Positions 38,093 to 50,104 of a DNA stretch of 64,000 nt are shown piece after piece; the first letter of the stretch is position 1, and each line of letters starts with the position of its first letter. The stretch spans positions 295,105-359,104 of the forward strand of contig NZ_JAYRLK010000002.1 in NCBI RefSeq assembly GCF_041905325.1. The letters run 5' to 3'. The notes under the pieces were generated by a model. That model searched no databases. It worked only from the letters and a program-made list of their open reading frames with translations, and was not told the DNA's origin. Origin of the DNA: Thermomonas sp. Lineage in GTDB: Bacteria; Pseudomonadota; Gammaproteobacteria; Xanthomonadales; Xanthomonadaceae. The position numbers and the translations under genes are program-made.

Positions 38093-39198
38093 GCAGCCTG
38101 CTCCTGCGTGCCGACCACCGGCACCGCCCGCGGCGGCAGCCCGCGCACGGCGGCGGCAATCGCGGCGATATGTTCCGGCGTGGTGCCGCAGCAGCCACCG
38201 ACCAGGTTGATCAGCCCGCTTTGCGCGAACTCGCGCAGGATCACGGCCATGTCTTCCGGGGTTTCGTCGTAGCCGCCAAACGCATTGGGCAGGCCAGCAT
38301 TGGGGTGGCAGCTGACGTGGGTATCGGCCACGGTGGAAAGCACGTCCACGTGCTGGCGCAGGTCCTTGGCGCCGAGCGCGCAGTTCAGGCCGATCGCCAG
38401 CGGCCGGCTGTGGCGCAGCGAGTACCAGAACGCCTCGGCAGTTTGCCCGGACAGGGTGCGGCCGGAGGCGTCGGTAATGGTGCCGGAGATCATCACCGGC
38501 AGGCGCGCCCCGATCTCTTCGAACACATCGTCGATGGCGAACAGCGCGGCCTTGGCGTTGAGGGTGTCGAACACGGTTTCCACCATCAGGATGTCGGCAC
38601 CGCCTTCGATCAGGCCGCGCGCGGCCTCCCGGTAGGCTTCCGCCAGCTCGTCGAAACTGATCGCGCGGAAACCGGGGCGGTTCACGTCCGGCGACAGCGA
38701 GGCGGTGCGGCTGGTGGGGCCGAGAACGCCGATCACGAAGCGCGGCTGGTCGGGTGTCTGCGCTTCGATGGCGTCGCATTCGGCGCGGGCCAGGCGCGCG
38801 CCTTCACGGTTGAGTTCGCGCACCAGATGTTGCAGGCGGTAGTCGGCCAGCGAGATGCTGGTGGAATTGAAGGTATTGGTCTCGACCAGATCCGCGCCTG
38901 CTTCGAGATATTGGCGGTGGATGCCGGCGATGATCTCGGGGCGGGTCAGCGACAGCAGGTCGTTGTTGCCGCGCTGGTCGTGGCTTTCGCAGCCGCAGCC
39001 GGGACCGTGGGTGTGGCCTTCTGCCGCAAACAAGGCGTCGTAGCCTTCGGCAAAGCGTTCGCCGCGATAGTCGGCTTCCTGCAGCTCATGGCGCTGGATC
39101 ATGGTGCCCATGGCACCGTCGATGATCAGGATGCGGCGCGCCAGTGCGGCCTGCAGTGCTTCGGCGCGGGCGGGGTTGTTCCAGGGGAGGGTGTGCAT
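38089..39198 (-). CDS. metH: Methionine synthase, separate N-terminal polypeptide (homocysteine S-methyltransferase module)
   Basis: [13 protein letters not shown]. Zn-ligand cysteines in GLNCALG and [11 protein letters not shown]. Its stop overlaps the next ATG (ATGA at 38089-38092). I prefer the ATG at 39198 (AAGGAA 4-5 nt upstream) to the GTG at 39216 used by the ORF track. Confidence 0.9.
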
Positions 39199-39212
39199 GG
39201 TGTTCCTTGGTG

Positions 39213-40142
39213 TCACGGCTTCACGCCGGTCAGCGAAATCACTTCGAAATGCGGCGGGCGGCGTTCGCGGGTGACGGTTTCGCAGTTGGCAATACCCAGC
39301 CCGGCTTTTTCCGCGAATTTGCGCAGTTCTTTTTCACTGAAGCCGAGATTGACGTGGCCATAGGCTTCCACCACGCTGCGGTGCTCGTGGCGGGCCAGGC
39401 TGGACAGCAACAGGCGTCCGCCGGGCTTGAGCACGCGCGCCGCTTCGGCCACCGCCTGCGCCGGGCGCGCGGCGTAGGTCAGCGCGTGCATCAGCACCAC
39501 CAGGTCGAAGCTGGCGTCGGCGAACGGCAGCGCGTGCATGTCGCCCTCGCGCACCTCCACGTTCTCGAAGCGGCGCAGGCGCTCGCTGGCGGCGGCCACC
39601 ACGCGCTGGCTGGAGTCGATGCAGACATAGCGGTCGGCGTGCGGTGACAGCAACTCGGCCAGCACGCCATCGCCGGAGGCGATGTCCAGCACGTCACCCG
39701 GCCACAGCAACGGGATGGCGGTGCGCGCCAGCGCCTCCCAGGTGCGGCCCGGCGAGTAGTGGCGTTCCATGTCGCCGGCCACGCTGTCGGCCCAGTTCTG
39801 GTCGGCGGCGCGCATCGCCAGAACCGCCGGTACGCGTTCGGCATCCTGGCGCAGCAGCGGGTCGTCGCTGCCGGTGCGGATCGACTGCCACAGCATCCGC
39901 TGCGCCGGCTCGATGGCGGCATCATCGAAGCGGTAGTAGGCCGACACCCCGGCGCGGCGGTCGCGCACCAGCCCGGCGTCCTTGAGCTTGGCCAGGTGGG
40001 TGGACACGCGCGGCTGCGCCAGCTGGGTGATCGCCGACAATTCGGCCACGGTGAGTTCCTCGCCTTCCAGCAGCGCCAGCAGGCGCACGCGGGTGGCGTC
40101 GGCAAACACCTTCAGGTGCGATGACCAGCCTTCCAGATCCAT
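39213..40142 (-). CDS. sahR: ArsR-type HTH fused to a SAM-methyltransferase-fold domain; SahR-like regulator of the methionine/SAM cycle
   Basis: I place the start at the ATG at 40142 ([59 protein letters not shown]); the ORF-track start at 40166 is a TTG. C-terminal class I MTase motif [13 protein letters not shown]...LKPGGRLLL. It sits directly upstream of metH. Confidence 0.75.
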   Translation of the reverse strand: MDLEGWSSHLKVFADATRVRLLALLEGEELTVAELSAITQLAQPRVSTHLAKLKDAGLVRDRRAGVSAYYRFDDAAIEPAQRMLWQSIRTGSDDPLLRQDAERVPAVLAMRAADQNWADSVAGDMERHYSPGRTWEALARTAIPLLWPGDVLDIASGDGVLAELLSPHADRYVCIDSSQRVVAAASERLRRFENVEVREGDMHALPFADASFDLVVLMHALTYAARPAQAVAEAARVLKPGGRLLLSSLARHEHRSVVEAYGHVNLGFSEKELRKFAEKAGLGIANCETVTRERRPPHFEVISLTGVKP

Positions 40143-40145
40143 ATA

Positions 40146-40171
40146 TATCTTTCCATCGCGATTCAAAGATA
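40146..40171. promoter_or_regulatory. 26-bp near-perfect palindrome, candidate SahR operator
   Basis: tatctttccatcg|cgattcaaagata: 11 of 13 positions per half-site are self-complementary (TATCTTT...AAAGATA plus central ATCGCGAT). It ends 3 nt upstream of the regulator's ATG, in the only AT-rich patch of the 264-nt divergent spacer. Confidence 0.5.
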
Positions 40172-40406
40172 AGTTTGGCGCGGCGGCGCGTGCAGGTCAA
40201 GCGCATGGCGCAATGGCGGTGGTGTGCGCTGGCGTCGATTGGCGAATCGATGTCCGGATGGCGTGGAAAGCAAGGCAAATGCGCGATTGCCTGGGCGTTT
40301 TGAAAGCAACCACCGGCAAAGCGCCATGCGGGCGCGTACCGGCTGGGGTTCTGCACGGTGCGGGGCTACAATGCTGCAACTTCGGACATGACGCAAAGGG
40401 GCGGCC

Positions 40407-41555
40407 GTGGATTTCGGATTCAGCGATGAACAGCTGATGTTGCAGGATGTGGCGCGGCGCATCGCCCGCGAGAAGATCGCGCCCAGTGCCGAGCACCATG
40501 ACCGGACCGGCGAGTTCCCGCTGGACAATATCCGCACGCTGGGCGAAAACGGCCTGATGGGCATCGAGGTACCGGCCGAATACGGCGGCGCCGGCATGGA
40601 CCCGGTGGCCTACGTGCTGGCGATGGTGGAGATCGCTGCGGCCGACGCCGCGCACAGCACCATTGTCTCGGTGAACAATTCGCTGTTCTGCAACGGCATC
40701 CTGACCTTCGGCAGCGAGGCGCAGAAGCAGAAGTACGTGCGCGAGATCGCGGAAGGGCGCGAGATCGGCGCGTTCGCGCTGACCGAGCCGCAGTCCGGCT
40801 CGGATGCCACCGCGATGCGCTGCCGTGCCGTCAAGCAGGCCGATGGCAGCTTCGTGGTCAACGGCAAGAAGAGCTGGATCACCTCCGGCCCGGTGGCCAA
40901 GTACATCGTGCTGTTCGCGATGACCGACCCCGACAAGGGGGCGCGCGGCATCACCGCGTTCATGATCGACACCACCCGCGAAGGCTTCCACCGCGGCAAG
41001 ACCGAACCCAAGATGGGCATTCGCGCCTCGGCCACCTGCGAGATCGAATTCACCGATTACGTGGTGCATGCCGACGAGGTGCTGGGCGCCGAAGGGCAGG
41101 GCTTCAAGATCGCGATGGGCGTGCTGGACGCCGGCCGGATCGGCATTGCCTCGCAGGCGATCGGCCTGGCCCGCGCCGCTTACGAGGCGACGCTTGATTA
41201 CGTGAAGGAGCGCAAGGCGTTCGGTGCGCCGATCGGCACCTTCCAGATGACCCAGGCCAAGATCGCCGACATGAAGTGCAAGCTGGATGCGGCATTGCTG
41301 CTGACCTTGCGCGCGGCGTGGTTGAAGGGGCAGGGCCAGCGCTTCTCCACCGAGGCCGCAGTGGCCAAGCTCACGGCGTCGGAAGCGGCGATGTGGATCA
41401 CCCACCAGGCGCTGCAAATCCACGGTGGCATGGGGTATTCGAAGGAGATGCCGATCGAGCGCTATTTCCGCGACGCCAAGATCACCGAAATCTACGAAGG
41501 CACCAGCGAAATCCAGCGGTTGGTCATCGCCCGCGGCGAAACCGGCCTGCGATAA
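40407..41555 (+). CDS. Acyl-CoA dehydrogenase (short/butyryl-chain-like)
   Basis: 382 aa with a GTG start (AAGGGG about 7 nt upstream). FGFSDEQLMLQD, ALTEPQSGSDA, and the catalytic-Glu region IYEGTSEIQRLVIAR. Confidence 0.9.
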   Translation: MDFGFSDEQLMLQDVARRIAREKIAPSAEHHDRTGEFPLDNIRTLGENGLMGIEVPAEYGGAGMDPVAYVLAMVEIAAADAAHSTIVSVNNSLFCNGILTFGSEAQKQKYVREIAEGREIGAFALTEPQSGSDATAMRCRAVKQADGSFVVNGKKSWITSGPVAKYIVLFAMTDPDKGARGITAFMIDTTREGFHRGKTEPKMGIRASATCEIEFTDYVVHADEVLGAEGQGFKIAMGVLDAGRIGIASQAIGLARAAYEATLDYVKERKAFGAPIGTFQMTQAKIADMKCKLDAALLLTLRAAWLKGQGQRFSTEAAVAKLTASEAAMWITHQALQIHGGMGYSKEMPIERYFRDAKITEIYEGTSEIQRLVIARGETGLR

Positions 41556-41622
41556 AACGACAACGACACCCGGACGGCCGTGCCTCCCGCGCGGCCGTTT
41601 ACCTTTGGAGGCTTTGAACCAG

Positions 41623-44600
41623 ATGAACACGTCCGTCGACACCAGCGCCAACGAAGACCTCAAACCCATCCTCGACGCGCTGGCCAAGCGCGTGGGCAAG
41701 GCCGGGCAAGCAGAAGCGAAGGCGTTTGCCACCGCATTCTGCCGGCGCATGGATGCCGAGGAGATCGCCCGCCACGGCAGCGAAGGCTGGGCCGAGCTGG
41801 TCGAGGGGATGCTGGAGTTCGCCCGTACCCGCAAGCGCGGCAAGGCCAATGTGCGCCTGTTCAACCCGGCGCTGCGCAGCGATGGCGAGTCCACCCACAC
41901 CATCTTGCAGATCGTCAACGACGACATGCCGTTCCTGGTGGACTCGGTGACGCTGGCGCTGGCGGAGATGAACATCGGCGTGCACCTGCTGGGCCATCCG
42001 CTGCTGCGCTTGGCGCGCGACAAGGCCGGCAAGCTCACCGCCATCGGCGAGGGTGCGGCGGAATCGCTGATGCACCTCGAGATCGATCGCCAGCCGCAGG
42101 CGGCGCTGGCCGACATCAAGGCGCGCGTCGGCAAGGTGCTGGACGACATCCGCGCCATCGTGGCCGATTGGGAGCCGATGCGCGCACGCATGCGTGAAGT
42201 CGCGGAAGAGCTGGCAACCCGCAAGTTGCCGGTGACGCAGGCCGGGCGCAGCGAGGCACAGGAATTCCTGCGCTGGGCGGCGGACGACCATTTCACCTTC
42301 TTCGGCTATCGTGAATACCGGATCGAGAAGCAGGGCAAGGAAGATGTGCTGGCGGCGGTGGCCGACAGCGGCCTGGGCCTGCTGCGCGGTGCCGACGCCG
42401 GCAAGCCGCGCCCGGTGAAGTCGCTGGCCGCGCACTACATGCCGCAGTCGGGCTCGGTGGATGCGCTGATCCTGACCAAGACCAATGCCCGTGCCAGCGT
42501 GCATCGCCAGGGCTACATGGACTACATCGGCGTGCTGGAGTTCGACGCCAAGGGGCGTGCGGTGGCCGAGCAGCGTTTCCTCGGCCTGTACACCTCCAGC
42601 GCCTACACCCGTCGCCCGTGGGACATCCCGCTGGTGCGCGAGCGCCACAACTACGTGATGGAGCAGTCGGGCCTCGACCCGAACAGCCACAGCGGCAAGG
42701 CCCTGCGCCACATCCTGGAAACCCTGCCGCGCGAAGAGCTGTTCCAGTCCAGCGAGGACGAGCTGTTCCGCACCAGCATGGGCATCCTCAGCCTGCAGGA
42801 GCGCGTGCGCAGCAAGCTGTTCGTGCGCCGCGACCGCTACGGTCGCTACTTCTCGACCCTGGTATACGTGCCGCGCGAACGCATGAGCACGCAATTGCGC
42901 CACCGCATCGAGGCGATGCTGCGCGACGCACTGGGCGGCGAGCGGGTGGACACCAACGTGCAGATCGGCGATTCGCCGCTGGCACAGATGCACATCATCA
43001 TCCGCCCGGGCGCGAATGCGACCGGCGATGGCGAGGTCGATCTGCCGGCGCTGGAAGCGATGCTGGCCGAGATCACCCGCGACTGGCGCGACGGCCTGCG
43101 CGAGCAACTGGTGGCCCGCCATGGCGAGGAAGCCGGGCTGCGCCTGTTTGCCCGGTATGCCAATGCGCTGCCGGCCGGCTACATCGAGGAGGTCAGCCCC
43201 GAGGTGGCGGCCGATGACGTGCAATACATCGCCGGCTTGCACAAGCCGGGCGACCTTGGCCTGCGGCTGTACCGCACCAGCGCCAGTTCGCACGAACGCC
43301 TGCGTTTCAAGGTATTCCGCTATGCCGCCCCGCTGGTGCTGTCGGAAGCCATGCCGATGTTGGAGAACATGGGCCTGAAGGTGCTGTCCGAGCATCTGTT
43401 CGAAGTCGAGGCCGAGCACGAATCGGTGTTCATCCAGGATTTCGAGGTGATGAGCCAGCAAGAGCAGATCGGCTTCGAATCGATGGATGTCGATGCCGTG
43501 CGCGCGGCATTCGAGCAGGCGTTCGAGCAGGTGATGCGTGGCAACACCGAGAACGACGGCTTCAACCGGCTGGTGCTGCTGGCGAACCTGGACTGGCGCC
43601 AGGTGGCGATGCTGCGGGCCTACTGCAAGTACCTGCTGCAAACCGGGGTGACGTTCTCGCAGAGCTACATGGAAGCCACGCTCACGCGTTATCCGCTGCT
43701 GGCACGGCTGTTGGTGGAACTGTTCGAGGCGCGCTTCGATCCCAGTACCGGCAAGGAAAGCGCGGCCGAGATCAAGCGCGGCATGGCGCAATTGGGTTCC
43801 CAGTTGCAGGCGCTGACCGGCGATGATGCCGCCGCGCAGGACATGCTGAAGGCACTGGTGAAAGCGCGCGAGGGCAAGCGCGAACAGCAGGTGGAGGCCG
43901 CGCGCAACACGCTGCTGGGCCTGCTGGACCGGGTGGCCAGCCTGGACGAGGATCGCATCCTGCGCAGCTTCATCGGCGTGATCGACGCCACCCTGCGCAC
44001 CAGCTATTACATCGAATACAAGGATGGCCTGCGCAAGGACGGTGGCCCCGCCGATTACGTCAGCTTCAAGCTGGATTCCGCGAAGGTGCCGGACCTGCCG
44101 AAGCCGCGCCCGTACCGCGAGATCTGGGTGTGTGGCCCGCGCGTGGAAGGCGTGCACCTGCGCTTCGGGCCGGTGGCGCGTGGCGGCCTGCGCTGGTCCG
44201 ATCGCCGCGAGGATTTCCGCACCGAAGTGCTGGGCCTGGTCAAGGCGCAGATGGTGAAGAACACCGTGATCGTGCCGGTGGGCAGCAAGGGTGGCTTCTA
44301 TTGCAAGCAGGCCCCCAACCCGGCGCAGAACCGCGATGCGTGGTTCGCCGAGGGCGTAGCCTGCTACAAGCGCTTCATCAACGGTCTGCTGGACATCACC
44401 GACAACCTGTCGGCCGACGGCAAGGTGATGCCGCCGGCAGGCGTGGTGCGCCACGATGGCGATGACCCGTACCTGGTGGTGGCGGCCGACAAGGGCACAG
44501 CCACCTTCTCCGACACTGCCAACGGCATCTCGCAGGCCCACGGGTTCTGGCTGGACGATGCGTTCGCTTCCGGTGGTTCGGTGGGCTACGACCACAAGGG

Positions 44601-46581
44601 CATGGGCATCACAGCGCGCGGTGCGTGGGAGTCGGTGAAGCGTCATTTCCGCTCGCTTGGCCGCGATTGCCAGAAGGACGACTTCACCTGCGTGGGCATC
44701 GGCGACATGTCGGGCGACGTGTTCGGCAACGGCATGTTGCTGAGCAAGCGCATCCGCCTGGTGGCGGCCTTCGACCATCGTCACGTGTTCATCGACCCGA
44801 CCCCGGATGCGGCGGCGTCGTTCAAGGAACGCGCGCGCCTGTTCAAGCTGCCGCGTTCGAGCTGGGACGATTACGACAAGTCGTTGATCAGCGCCGGTGG
44901 CGGCGTGTGGCCGCGCAGCGCGAAGTCGATCCCGCTGTCGGCCGAGGCCAAGGCGGCGCTGGGCATCGACCCGGCGGTGGCGTCGTTGAGCCCGGCGGAA
45001 CTGCTCAGCGCCATCCTCAAGGCACCGGTGGACCTGCTTTGGAACGGCGGCATCGGCACCTACGTGAAGTCTTCCGGCGAAACCCATGCCGATGTCGGCG
45101 ACCGCGCCAACAACGCGCTGCGCGTCAACGGTGGCGAGCTGCGCTGCAAGATCGTGGGCGAGGGCGGCAACCTGGGCATGACCCAGTTGGGCCGCATCGA
45201 GGCCGCGCAGGCGGGCGTGCTGCTCAACACCGACTTCATCGACAACTCCGCCGGCGTGGACACCTCCGACCACGAGGTGAACATCAAGATCCTGCTCAAC
45301 GGCGAGGTGCAGAAGAAGAAGCTCAAGCTGGCCGACCGCAACAAGCTGCTGGCGTCGATGACCGACGAGGTGGCCAAGCTGGTGCTGAACGACAACTACC
45401 GCCAGAACCAGGCGCTCAGCCTGATGGAGCGCATGAGCGCAGCCCGGTTGGGCTCGAAGATGCACTTCATCACCACGCTGGAAGCGCAGGGCCTGCTGGA
45501 CCGGCAGATCGAGTACCTGCCCACCGATGCGCAGATGGTCGAGCGCAAGCTGCGTGGCCAGGGCCTGACCCGTCCGGAGCTGTCGATCCTGCTGTCGTAT
45601 TCCAAGCTGGTGGCGTTCCCGCAATTGCTGGAATCGGACGTGCCGGAAGACCCGTACCTGTCCAAGGAACTGGTGCGCTATTTCCCGGAGCCGCTGCAGG
45701 CCAAGTACGCCAAGGTGATGGAAGGCCACCGCCTGAAGCGCGAGATCATCGCCACCGCGGTCACCAACTCCACCATCAACCGGATGGGTGCCACCTTCCT
45801 GATGCGCATGCAGGAAGACAGCGGCCGCAGCATCGGCGAGATCGCGCGTGCCTACACCATCACCCGCGAGACGCTGGATGCCCGCGAGTTGTGGGCGCAG
45901 ATCGACGCACTGGACGGCAAGGTGGCCGAGTCGGTGCAGGTGGATGCGTTGCAGGTGATCTGGGAGCTGCAACGCGGGTTCACCCGCTGGCTGCTGGCGC
46001 GCCCCGGCGCGGTGCCGGCCATCACCACCGCGGTGGAGCGCTACCACGACGGCTTCTCCGACATCCGTGCCGGCGAGGGCATCCTGCCGCCGTCGCAGCG
46101 TCCGGCCTTCGAGGTCAGCCGCCAGGAATGGCGTGCCAAGGGCGTGCCGGCGGCATTGGCCGACCAGCTCGCGGCACTGCCGTACCTGGAGGCCAGCCCG
46201 AACATCATCGAGCTGGCGCGCGAGCGCAAACTGCGACCGGTGGACGTCGCCAAGGCGTACTTCCGCCTGGCCGACGCCCTGCGCGAACCGTGGCTGCGCG
46301 CGCAGATCGAGGCGCTGAAGGTGGAAGGTCGTTGGCACGCGGTGGCCCGCGGGGTGCTGCGCGACGAACTGGCCGCGCAGTTGCGCACGTTGACCGGGCA
46401 GGTGCTGGCGATGCCGGGCAAGGATGCCGATGCCAAGGTGCAGGCATGGTTGCAGCGCGATGACAGCGCGCTGCGGTTTACCTTGGCGATGCTCAACGAA
46501 CTGGCCGCGCAGAAGGCGCTGGATTACCCCACCGCATCGGTGGCGGTGCAGCGCGTGGCGCAGTTGGCGCAGCGCAGCTGA
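41623..46581 (+). CDS. gdhB: NAD-specific glutamate dehydrogenase, large (about 180 kDa) GdhB type
   Basis: Trimmed from 41425 to the ATG at 41623 ([20 protein letters not shown]; GGAG lies 13 nt upstream). 1652 aa. The central catalytic region KGGFY...DKGTATFSD...[18 protein letters not shown] is typical of Bac_GDH enzymes. Confidence 0.9.
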   Translation: MNTSVDTSANEDLKPILDALAKRVGKAGQAEAKAFATAFCRRMDAEEIARHGSEGWAELVEGMLEFARTRKRGKANVRLFNPALRSDGESTHTILQIVNDDMPFLVDSVTLALAEMNIGVHLLGHPLLRLARDKAGKLTAIGEGAAESLMHLEIDRQPQAALADIKARVGKVLDDIRAIVADWEPMRARMREVAEELATRKLPVTQAGRSEAQEFLRWAADDHFTFFGYREYRIEKQGKEDVLAAVADSGLGLLRGADAGKPRPVKSLAAHYMPQSGSVDALILTKTNARASVHRQGYMDYIGVLEFDAKGRAVAEQRFLGLYTSSAYTRRPWDIPLVRERHNYVMEQSGLDPNSHSGKALRHILETLPREELFQSSEDELFRTSMGILSLQERVRSKLFVRRDRYGRYFSTLVYVPRERMSTQLRHRIEAMLRDALGGERVDTNVQIGDSPLAQMHIIIRPGANATGDGEVDLPALEAMLAEITRDWRDGLREQLVARHGEEAGLRLFARYANALPAGYIEEVSPEVAADDVQYIAGLHKPGDLGLRLYRTSASSHERLRFKVFRYAAPLVLSEAMPMLENMGLKVLSEHLFEVEAEHESVFIQDFEVMSQQEQIGFESMDVDAVRAAFEQAFEQVMRGNTENDGFNRLVLLANLDWRQVAMLRAYCKYLLQTGVTFSQSYMEATLTRYPLLARLLVELFEARFDPSTGKESAAEIKRGMAQLGSQLQALTGDDAAAQDMLKALVKAREGKREQQVEAARNTLLGLLDRVASLDEDRILRSFIGVIDATLRTSYYIEYKDGLRKDGGPADYVSFKLDSAKVPDLPKPRPYREIWVCGPRVEGVHLRFGPVARGGLRWSDRREDFRTEVLGLVKAQMVKNTVIVPVGSKGGFYCKQAPNPAQNRDAWFAEGVACYKRFINGLLDITDNLSADGKVMPPAGVVRHDGDDPYLVVAADKGTATFSDTANGISQAHGFWLDDAFASGGSVGYDHKGMGITARGAWESVKRHFRSLGRDCQKDDFTCVGIGDMSGDVFGNGMLLSKRIRLVAAFDHRHVFIDPTPDAAASFKERARLFKLPRSSWDDYDKSLISAGGGVWPRSAKSIPLSAEAKAALGIDPAVASLSPAELLSAILKAPVDLLWNGGIGTYVKSSGETHADVGDRANNALRVNGGELRCKIVGEGGNLGMTQLGRIEAAQAGVLLNTDFIDNSAGVDTSDHEVNIKILLNGEVQKKKLKLADRNKLLASMTDEVAKLVLNDNYRQNQALSLMERMSAARLGSKMHFITTLEAQGLLDRQIEYLPTDAQMVERKLRGQGLTRPELSILLSYSKLVAFPQLLESDVPEDPYLSKELVRYFPEPLQAKYAKVMEGHRLKREIIATAVTNSTINRMGATFLMRMQEDSGRSIGEIARAYTITRETLDARELWAQIDALDGKVAESVQVDALQVIWELQRGFTRWLLARPGAVPAITTAVERYHDGFSDIRAGEGILPPSQRPAFEVSRQEWRAKGVPAALADQLAALPYLEASPNIIELARERKLRPVDVAKAYFRLADALREPWLRAQIEALKVEGRWHAVARGVLRDELAAQLRTLTGQVLAMPGKDADAKVQAWLQRDDSALRFTLAMLNELAAQKALDYPTASVAVQRVAQLAQRS

Positions 46582-46605
46582 GCCGACGGCCACCGCCGGA
46601 AACCG

Positions 46606-46635
46606 CGATGGGCGCCCTGCACGGGGCGCCCATCG
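46606..46635 (+). terminator. Strong hairpin after gdhB (terminator candidate without a U-tract)
   Basis: Perfect 12-bp stem cgatgggcgccc / gggcgcccatcg with a 6-nt loop, 25 nt after the gdhB stop. No T-run follows. Confidence 0.4.
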
Positions 46636-46669
46636 TCGTGCGGGCGTCGGCTCTTGCTATCCTGCCGCC

Positions 46670-47440
46670 ATGAGTACGCTCCGCCTTGCCTTGCTGGCCA
46701 GCCCTACCGATGATGCCCAGGCCGCGTTGGCGGCGTTGATCGCACGCCATGGCCTGCATGCGCCGCAGGATGCCGACGTGATCGTGGCGTTGGGTGGCGA
46801 TGGATTCATGCTGCAAACCCTGCATCGCCACGGCACCCTGGGCAGGCCGGTGTACGGCATGAAGCTGGGGTCGGTGGGTTTCCTGATGAACCACTATCGT
46901 TCCGAGGACGATTTGCTGGCACGCATCGCTGCGGCCGAACCGGCGGTGCTGCATCCGCTGGAAATGCTGGCGCAGACGGAATCCGGCGCCAGTGTCGGTT
47001 CGCTGGCATTCAACGAGGTCTCGCTGTTGCGCCAGACCCGCCAGGCCGCGCACGTGGCGATCGAGCTCAATGGCCAGGTGCGGCTGGATGAGTTGATCTG
47101 CGACGGGGTGATGCTGGCCACGCCGGCCGGCAGCACCGCCTACAACTTTTCCGCCCACGGGCCGATCCTGCCGTTGGGGGCGAACGTGATGGCGCTGACG
47201 CCGATCGCGCCGTTCCGACCGCGGCGCTGGCGCGGGGCGGTGCTGAAATCGGGCACCGAAGTGCGCTTCCGCGTGCTGGACCCGCACAAGCGCCCGCTCA
47301 GCGCCACCGCCGACTCCCACGAGGTGCGCGACGTTACCGAGGTGCTGGTGCGGGAGTCGCGCGACCGCAGCGTGACTTTGCTGTTCGACCCCGAGCACAA
47401 TCTGGAAGAGAGGATCCTGATCGAACAGTTTGCCGCGTAG
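46670..47440 (+). CDS. nadK: NAD kinase
   Basis: Trimmed from 46424 to the ATG at 46670 ([15 protein letters not shown]). GGDGFML motif, NEVS, and [17 protein letters not shown]. 256 aa. Confidence 0.9.
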   Translation: MSTLRLALLASPTDDAQAALAALIARHGLHAPQDADVIVALGGDGFMLQTLHRHGTLGRPVYGMKLGSVGFLMNHYRSEDDLLARIAAAEPAVLHPLEMLAQTESGASVGSLAFNEVSLLRQTRQAAHVAIELNGQVRLDELICDGVMLATPAGSTAYNFSAHGPILPLGANVMALTPIAPFRPRRWRGAVLKSGTEVRFRVLDPHKRPLSATADSHEVRDVTEVLVRESRDRSVTLLFDPEHNLEERILIEQFAA

Positions 47441-47464
47441 GCCGCGCGCACAGCGAGGGAACGG

Positions 47465-50104
47465 ATGCCATTCGATAGCCGGGAAACCGAAGCCATTGGC
47501 ACGCGGTGGCAACAACCGGCCCCGGCGCGGGCGGCGTGGGGTTGGGCGTTGCTGGTGTTGTTGCTGGGACTGGGCCTGACCGCGTGGTTGGTGCGCTTCG
47601 AATGGCATCGAAGCCAGGACGAGATGCGCTGGGTAGCCGGCAAGCAGGTCGAACAGGTCGCCGGTGGCGTGGCACGCCAGCTCGAGGAATGCGAGCACCT
47701 GATCCGTGCATTCCAGTCGGTCTATCTTGCGTCCGACGACGTGAGCGCAAGCGAATACGCGCGGGCCTACGAAAACATGCAGGGCAACAGCGTGGTCAGG
47801 GACAGCCTGCAGGCGCTTGCCTATGCCCGGCGGCAGCCAGCCGACGGCGAGCATTACATCACCACGTTGTACGCGCCGCTGGAGGGCAACGAGGCAATCG
47901 CCGGCCTGGACGTGGCCTCGCAGCCGGCCAACATGGAGGCGTTGCAGCGTGCCCGCGACAGCAACCAGGTGGCGATGTCGGCGGCCTTTCCGCTGCGCCA
48001 GCTGCAAGCGCAGGGGCGGGCGGCGGCTGGCTTCATCCTGCGTTTGCCGGTGTATGCCGGGGGGCTGGCCCCCGAATCGCTGGCGGGGCGGCGGCAGGCC
48101 AGCATCGGCTCCATCGGCGCGTCCTTTCGTGCCCAGGACCTGATTGCACTGGCGCTGCAGATCCCCCCCTCGGCGCTGGCCGACGTGATGGTCTTCGATA
48201 GCAGCGACGGGTCCGGCCGCATGTTGCTGTCGCGGCAGTACGGCCCGCGTGCAGCAGGGCCGGCCATCCGCCGGCAGATTCGTTTCGGGGGGCGCAGCTG
48301 GGAACTCCAGGCGCATGTGCGCGCTGCCCCGCAGGCTGCCGGGGTCTGGCGGGACGTGTTGTGGCTGGGCGTGGTCATCAGCACGTTGTTGGCGGCGCTG
48401 ACGTGGTCGCTGGCCAGCACCCGCGCGCGGGCGATGGTGCTGGCTGCGGCCATGAGCCGGCGCTTCCACGGCAGCGAGGAACGCTTCCGCAAGCTCAACG
48501 AGCTGCTGCCATGCTTGGTGCTGCTGGCGCGCAAGGACAACGGCACCATCGTCTATCGCAACGCGGCGGCGCGCAGCCGGCTGGCCACCCGGACCGGGTT
48601 TGCCGGCCTGTCGATGATGCTGGATGGCCAGGCCATTGCCGAATGGGCCACTCTGGAAAACACCACGGCGGTGGCCCGCGAGGTGCAGATGCAGGATGCC
48701 GATGGCACCAGTTTCTGGGCCAGCACCATGGCCGCTTCGGTCGAGATCGACGGCGTGCCGATGTGGTTGCTGGTGGCCAATGACATTTCCGAGCAGCGCC
48801 AACTCACCGAGCGCCTGAGCTACCAGGCCAGCCATGATGCCCTGACCCGGCTGTTCAACCGGCAAGAGTTCGAGGCCCGGGTACAGGCCCGGCTGAAGGT
48901 GGCCGGCACCGACGGCGGCGCATTGCTGTTCATCGACCTGGACCAATTCAAGTTGATCAACGATACCTCCGGCCACGCCGCCGGTGACGCCTTGCTGGTG
49001 CAACTGGCGTTGACGATGGGCGAGGAATTGCGGCCGGGAGACGTGCTGGGCCGCCTGGGGGGCGACGAGTTCGGCGTGCTGCTGGCGAATGCCGCCACGG
49101 CCGTGGACGCGCGTTACGTGGCCGAACGCCTGCGCCTTGCGATCGAGCGTCTGGCGTTCCCGTGGGAACAACGCATCTACATGATCAGCGCCAGCATCGG
49201 GGTGGTGATGCTGGAGGCGGCCACCTCGATCCGCGAGTTGTTCGCGCAGGCCGATGCCGCCTGTTACCTGGCCAAGGAAGCGGGCCGCAACCGGCTGCAC
49301 GTGCATTCGGAGGCGGACGCGGCGGTGGCGCGCCGGCAGGGCGAGATGGAATGGGCCAACCGCGTGCGCGACGCGCTGCGCGACGGACGCCTGTTGCTGG
49401 ACTACCAGGAGTTGCGCTCACTACAGGCACCGGGCACGGGTACCCATGTCGAGCTGCTCTTGCGGTTGCGGGACGAAGCCGGTGGAGTGGTGCTGCCGGG
49501 TGCGTTCCTGCCCGCCGCCGAACGCTACGGGTTGATGCCGTTGATCGACCGCTGGGTGGTGGACACCGCGCTGACGCACCTGGACCTGCTGCACCCCGAT
49601 GGCAAGGCATTGGCCACCTGCGCCATCAACCTTTCCGGCGCAAGCCTGGAGGACGATGGCTTGTTCGAGCGCATCGAACAACTGGTTGAACAGCATGCCA
49701 TCGCCCCGGGACGGTTGTTGTTCGAAATCACCGAAACCGTGGCGATGCGCGATTTCGCCGCATCCAGCGTGCTGTTGGCGCGACTGCGCGCACTGGGCTG
49801 CCGGGTGGCCCTGGACGACTTCGGTGCCGGCATGTCGTCCTTCGGCTACCTCAAGAACCTGCCGCTGGACGTGCTCAAGATCGACGGCAGCTTCGTGCAG
49901 GGGCTGGCCGATGACGGCATGTCGCAGGCCATCGTCAAGGCGGTGGCCGAAATCGGCCATCTGCAGGGGTTGCAGGTGGTGGCCGAATGGGTGTCTTCGG
50001 CCGATATCATGACCCTGCTGGCCGGCATGAATGTCGATTTCGCGCAGGGCTTCGCCTTGCACCGGCCGGAGCGCGTGCTGTTTCAACGGGATGCACATGA
50101 TTGA
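47465..50104 (+). CDS. Membrane sensor diguanylate cyclase/phosphodiesterase: CHASE-TM-PAS-GGDEF-EAL
   Basis: 879 aa. It has two TM segments flanking a roughly 270-aa CHASE-like region (ALAYARRQP...YITTLYAPLEGNEAIAGLDVASQP...LRLPVY). The PAS region follows, then the GGDEF domain (RLGGDEFGVLL), then the EAL domain (HVELLLRL, LLFEITE, LDDFGAGMSSFGYL, KIDGSFV). Confidence 0.88.
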   Translation: MPFDSRETEAIGTRWQQPAPARAAWGWALLVLLLGLGLTAWLVRFEWHRSQDEMRWVAGKQVEQVAGGVARQLEECEHLIRAFQSVYLASDDVSASEYARAYENMQGNSVVRDSLQALAYARRQPADGEHYITTLYAPLEGNEAIAGLDVASQPANMEALQRARDSNQVAMSAAFPLRQLQAQGRAAAGFILRLPVYAGGLAPESLAGRRQASIGSIGASFRAQDLIALALQIPPSALADVMVFDSSDGSGRMLLSRQYGPRAAGPAIRRQIRFGGRSWELQAHVRAAPQAAGVWRDVLWLGVVISTLLAALTWSLASTRARAMVLAAAMSRRFHGSEERFRKLNELLPCLVLLARKDNGTIVYRNAAARSRLATRTGFAGLSMMLDGQAIAEWATLENTTAVAREVQMQDADGTSFWASTMAASVEIDGVPMWLLVANDISEQRQLTERLSYQASHDALTRLFNRQEFEARVQARLKVAGTDGGALLFIDLDQFKLINDTSGHAAGDALLVQLALTMGEELRPGDVLGRLGGDEFGVLLANAATAVDARYVAERLRLAIERLAFPWEQRIYMISASIGVVMLEAATSIRELFAQADAACYLAKEAGRNRLHVHSEADAAVARRQGEMEWANRVRDALRDGRLLLDYQELRSLQAPGTGTHVELLLRLRDEAGGVVLPGAFLPAAERYGLMPLIDRWVVDTALTHLDLLHPDGKALATCAINLSGASLEDDGLFERIEQLVEQHAIAPGRLLFEITETVAMRDFAASSVLLARLRALGCRVALDDFGAGMSSFGYLKNLPLDVLKIDGSFVQGLADDGMSQAIVKAVAEIGHLQGLQVVAEWVSSADIMTLLAGMNVDFAQGFALHRPERVLFQRDAHD

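Noticed and set aside
38093-38779. Read-through extension of the metH large-subunit ORF (35372..38779)
   Set aside because: It overlaps the Hcy-binding-module gene in another frame. The conserved MetH pterin module begins at the ATG at 38092.
40143-40406. Cobalamin or SAM riboswitch upstream of the metH operon or acyl-CoA dehydrogenase gene
   Set aside because: I could not find a B12-box-like or SAM-riboswitch-like conserved core. The spacer is better explained by a protein operator palindrome plus promoters. I did not test this computationally.
40197-42296. 699-aa minus-strand ORF
   Set aside because: It is antisense to the acyl-CoA dehydrogenase gene and the 5' end of gdhB, and it crosses an intergenic region.
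41599-46593. 1664-aa minus-strand ORF mirroring gdhB
   Set aside because: It is an antisense shadow of the large NAD-GDH gene. Such mirror ORFs of this gene family are a known source of mis-annotation. The sense frame has the catalytic GDH motifs.
46493-49306. 937-aa minus-strand ORF
   Set aside because: It is antisense to nadK and the CHASE-GGDEF-EAL gene.
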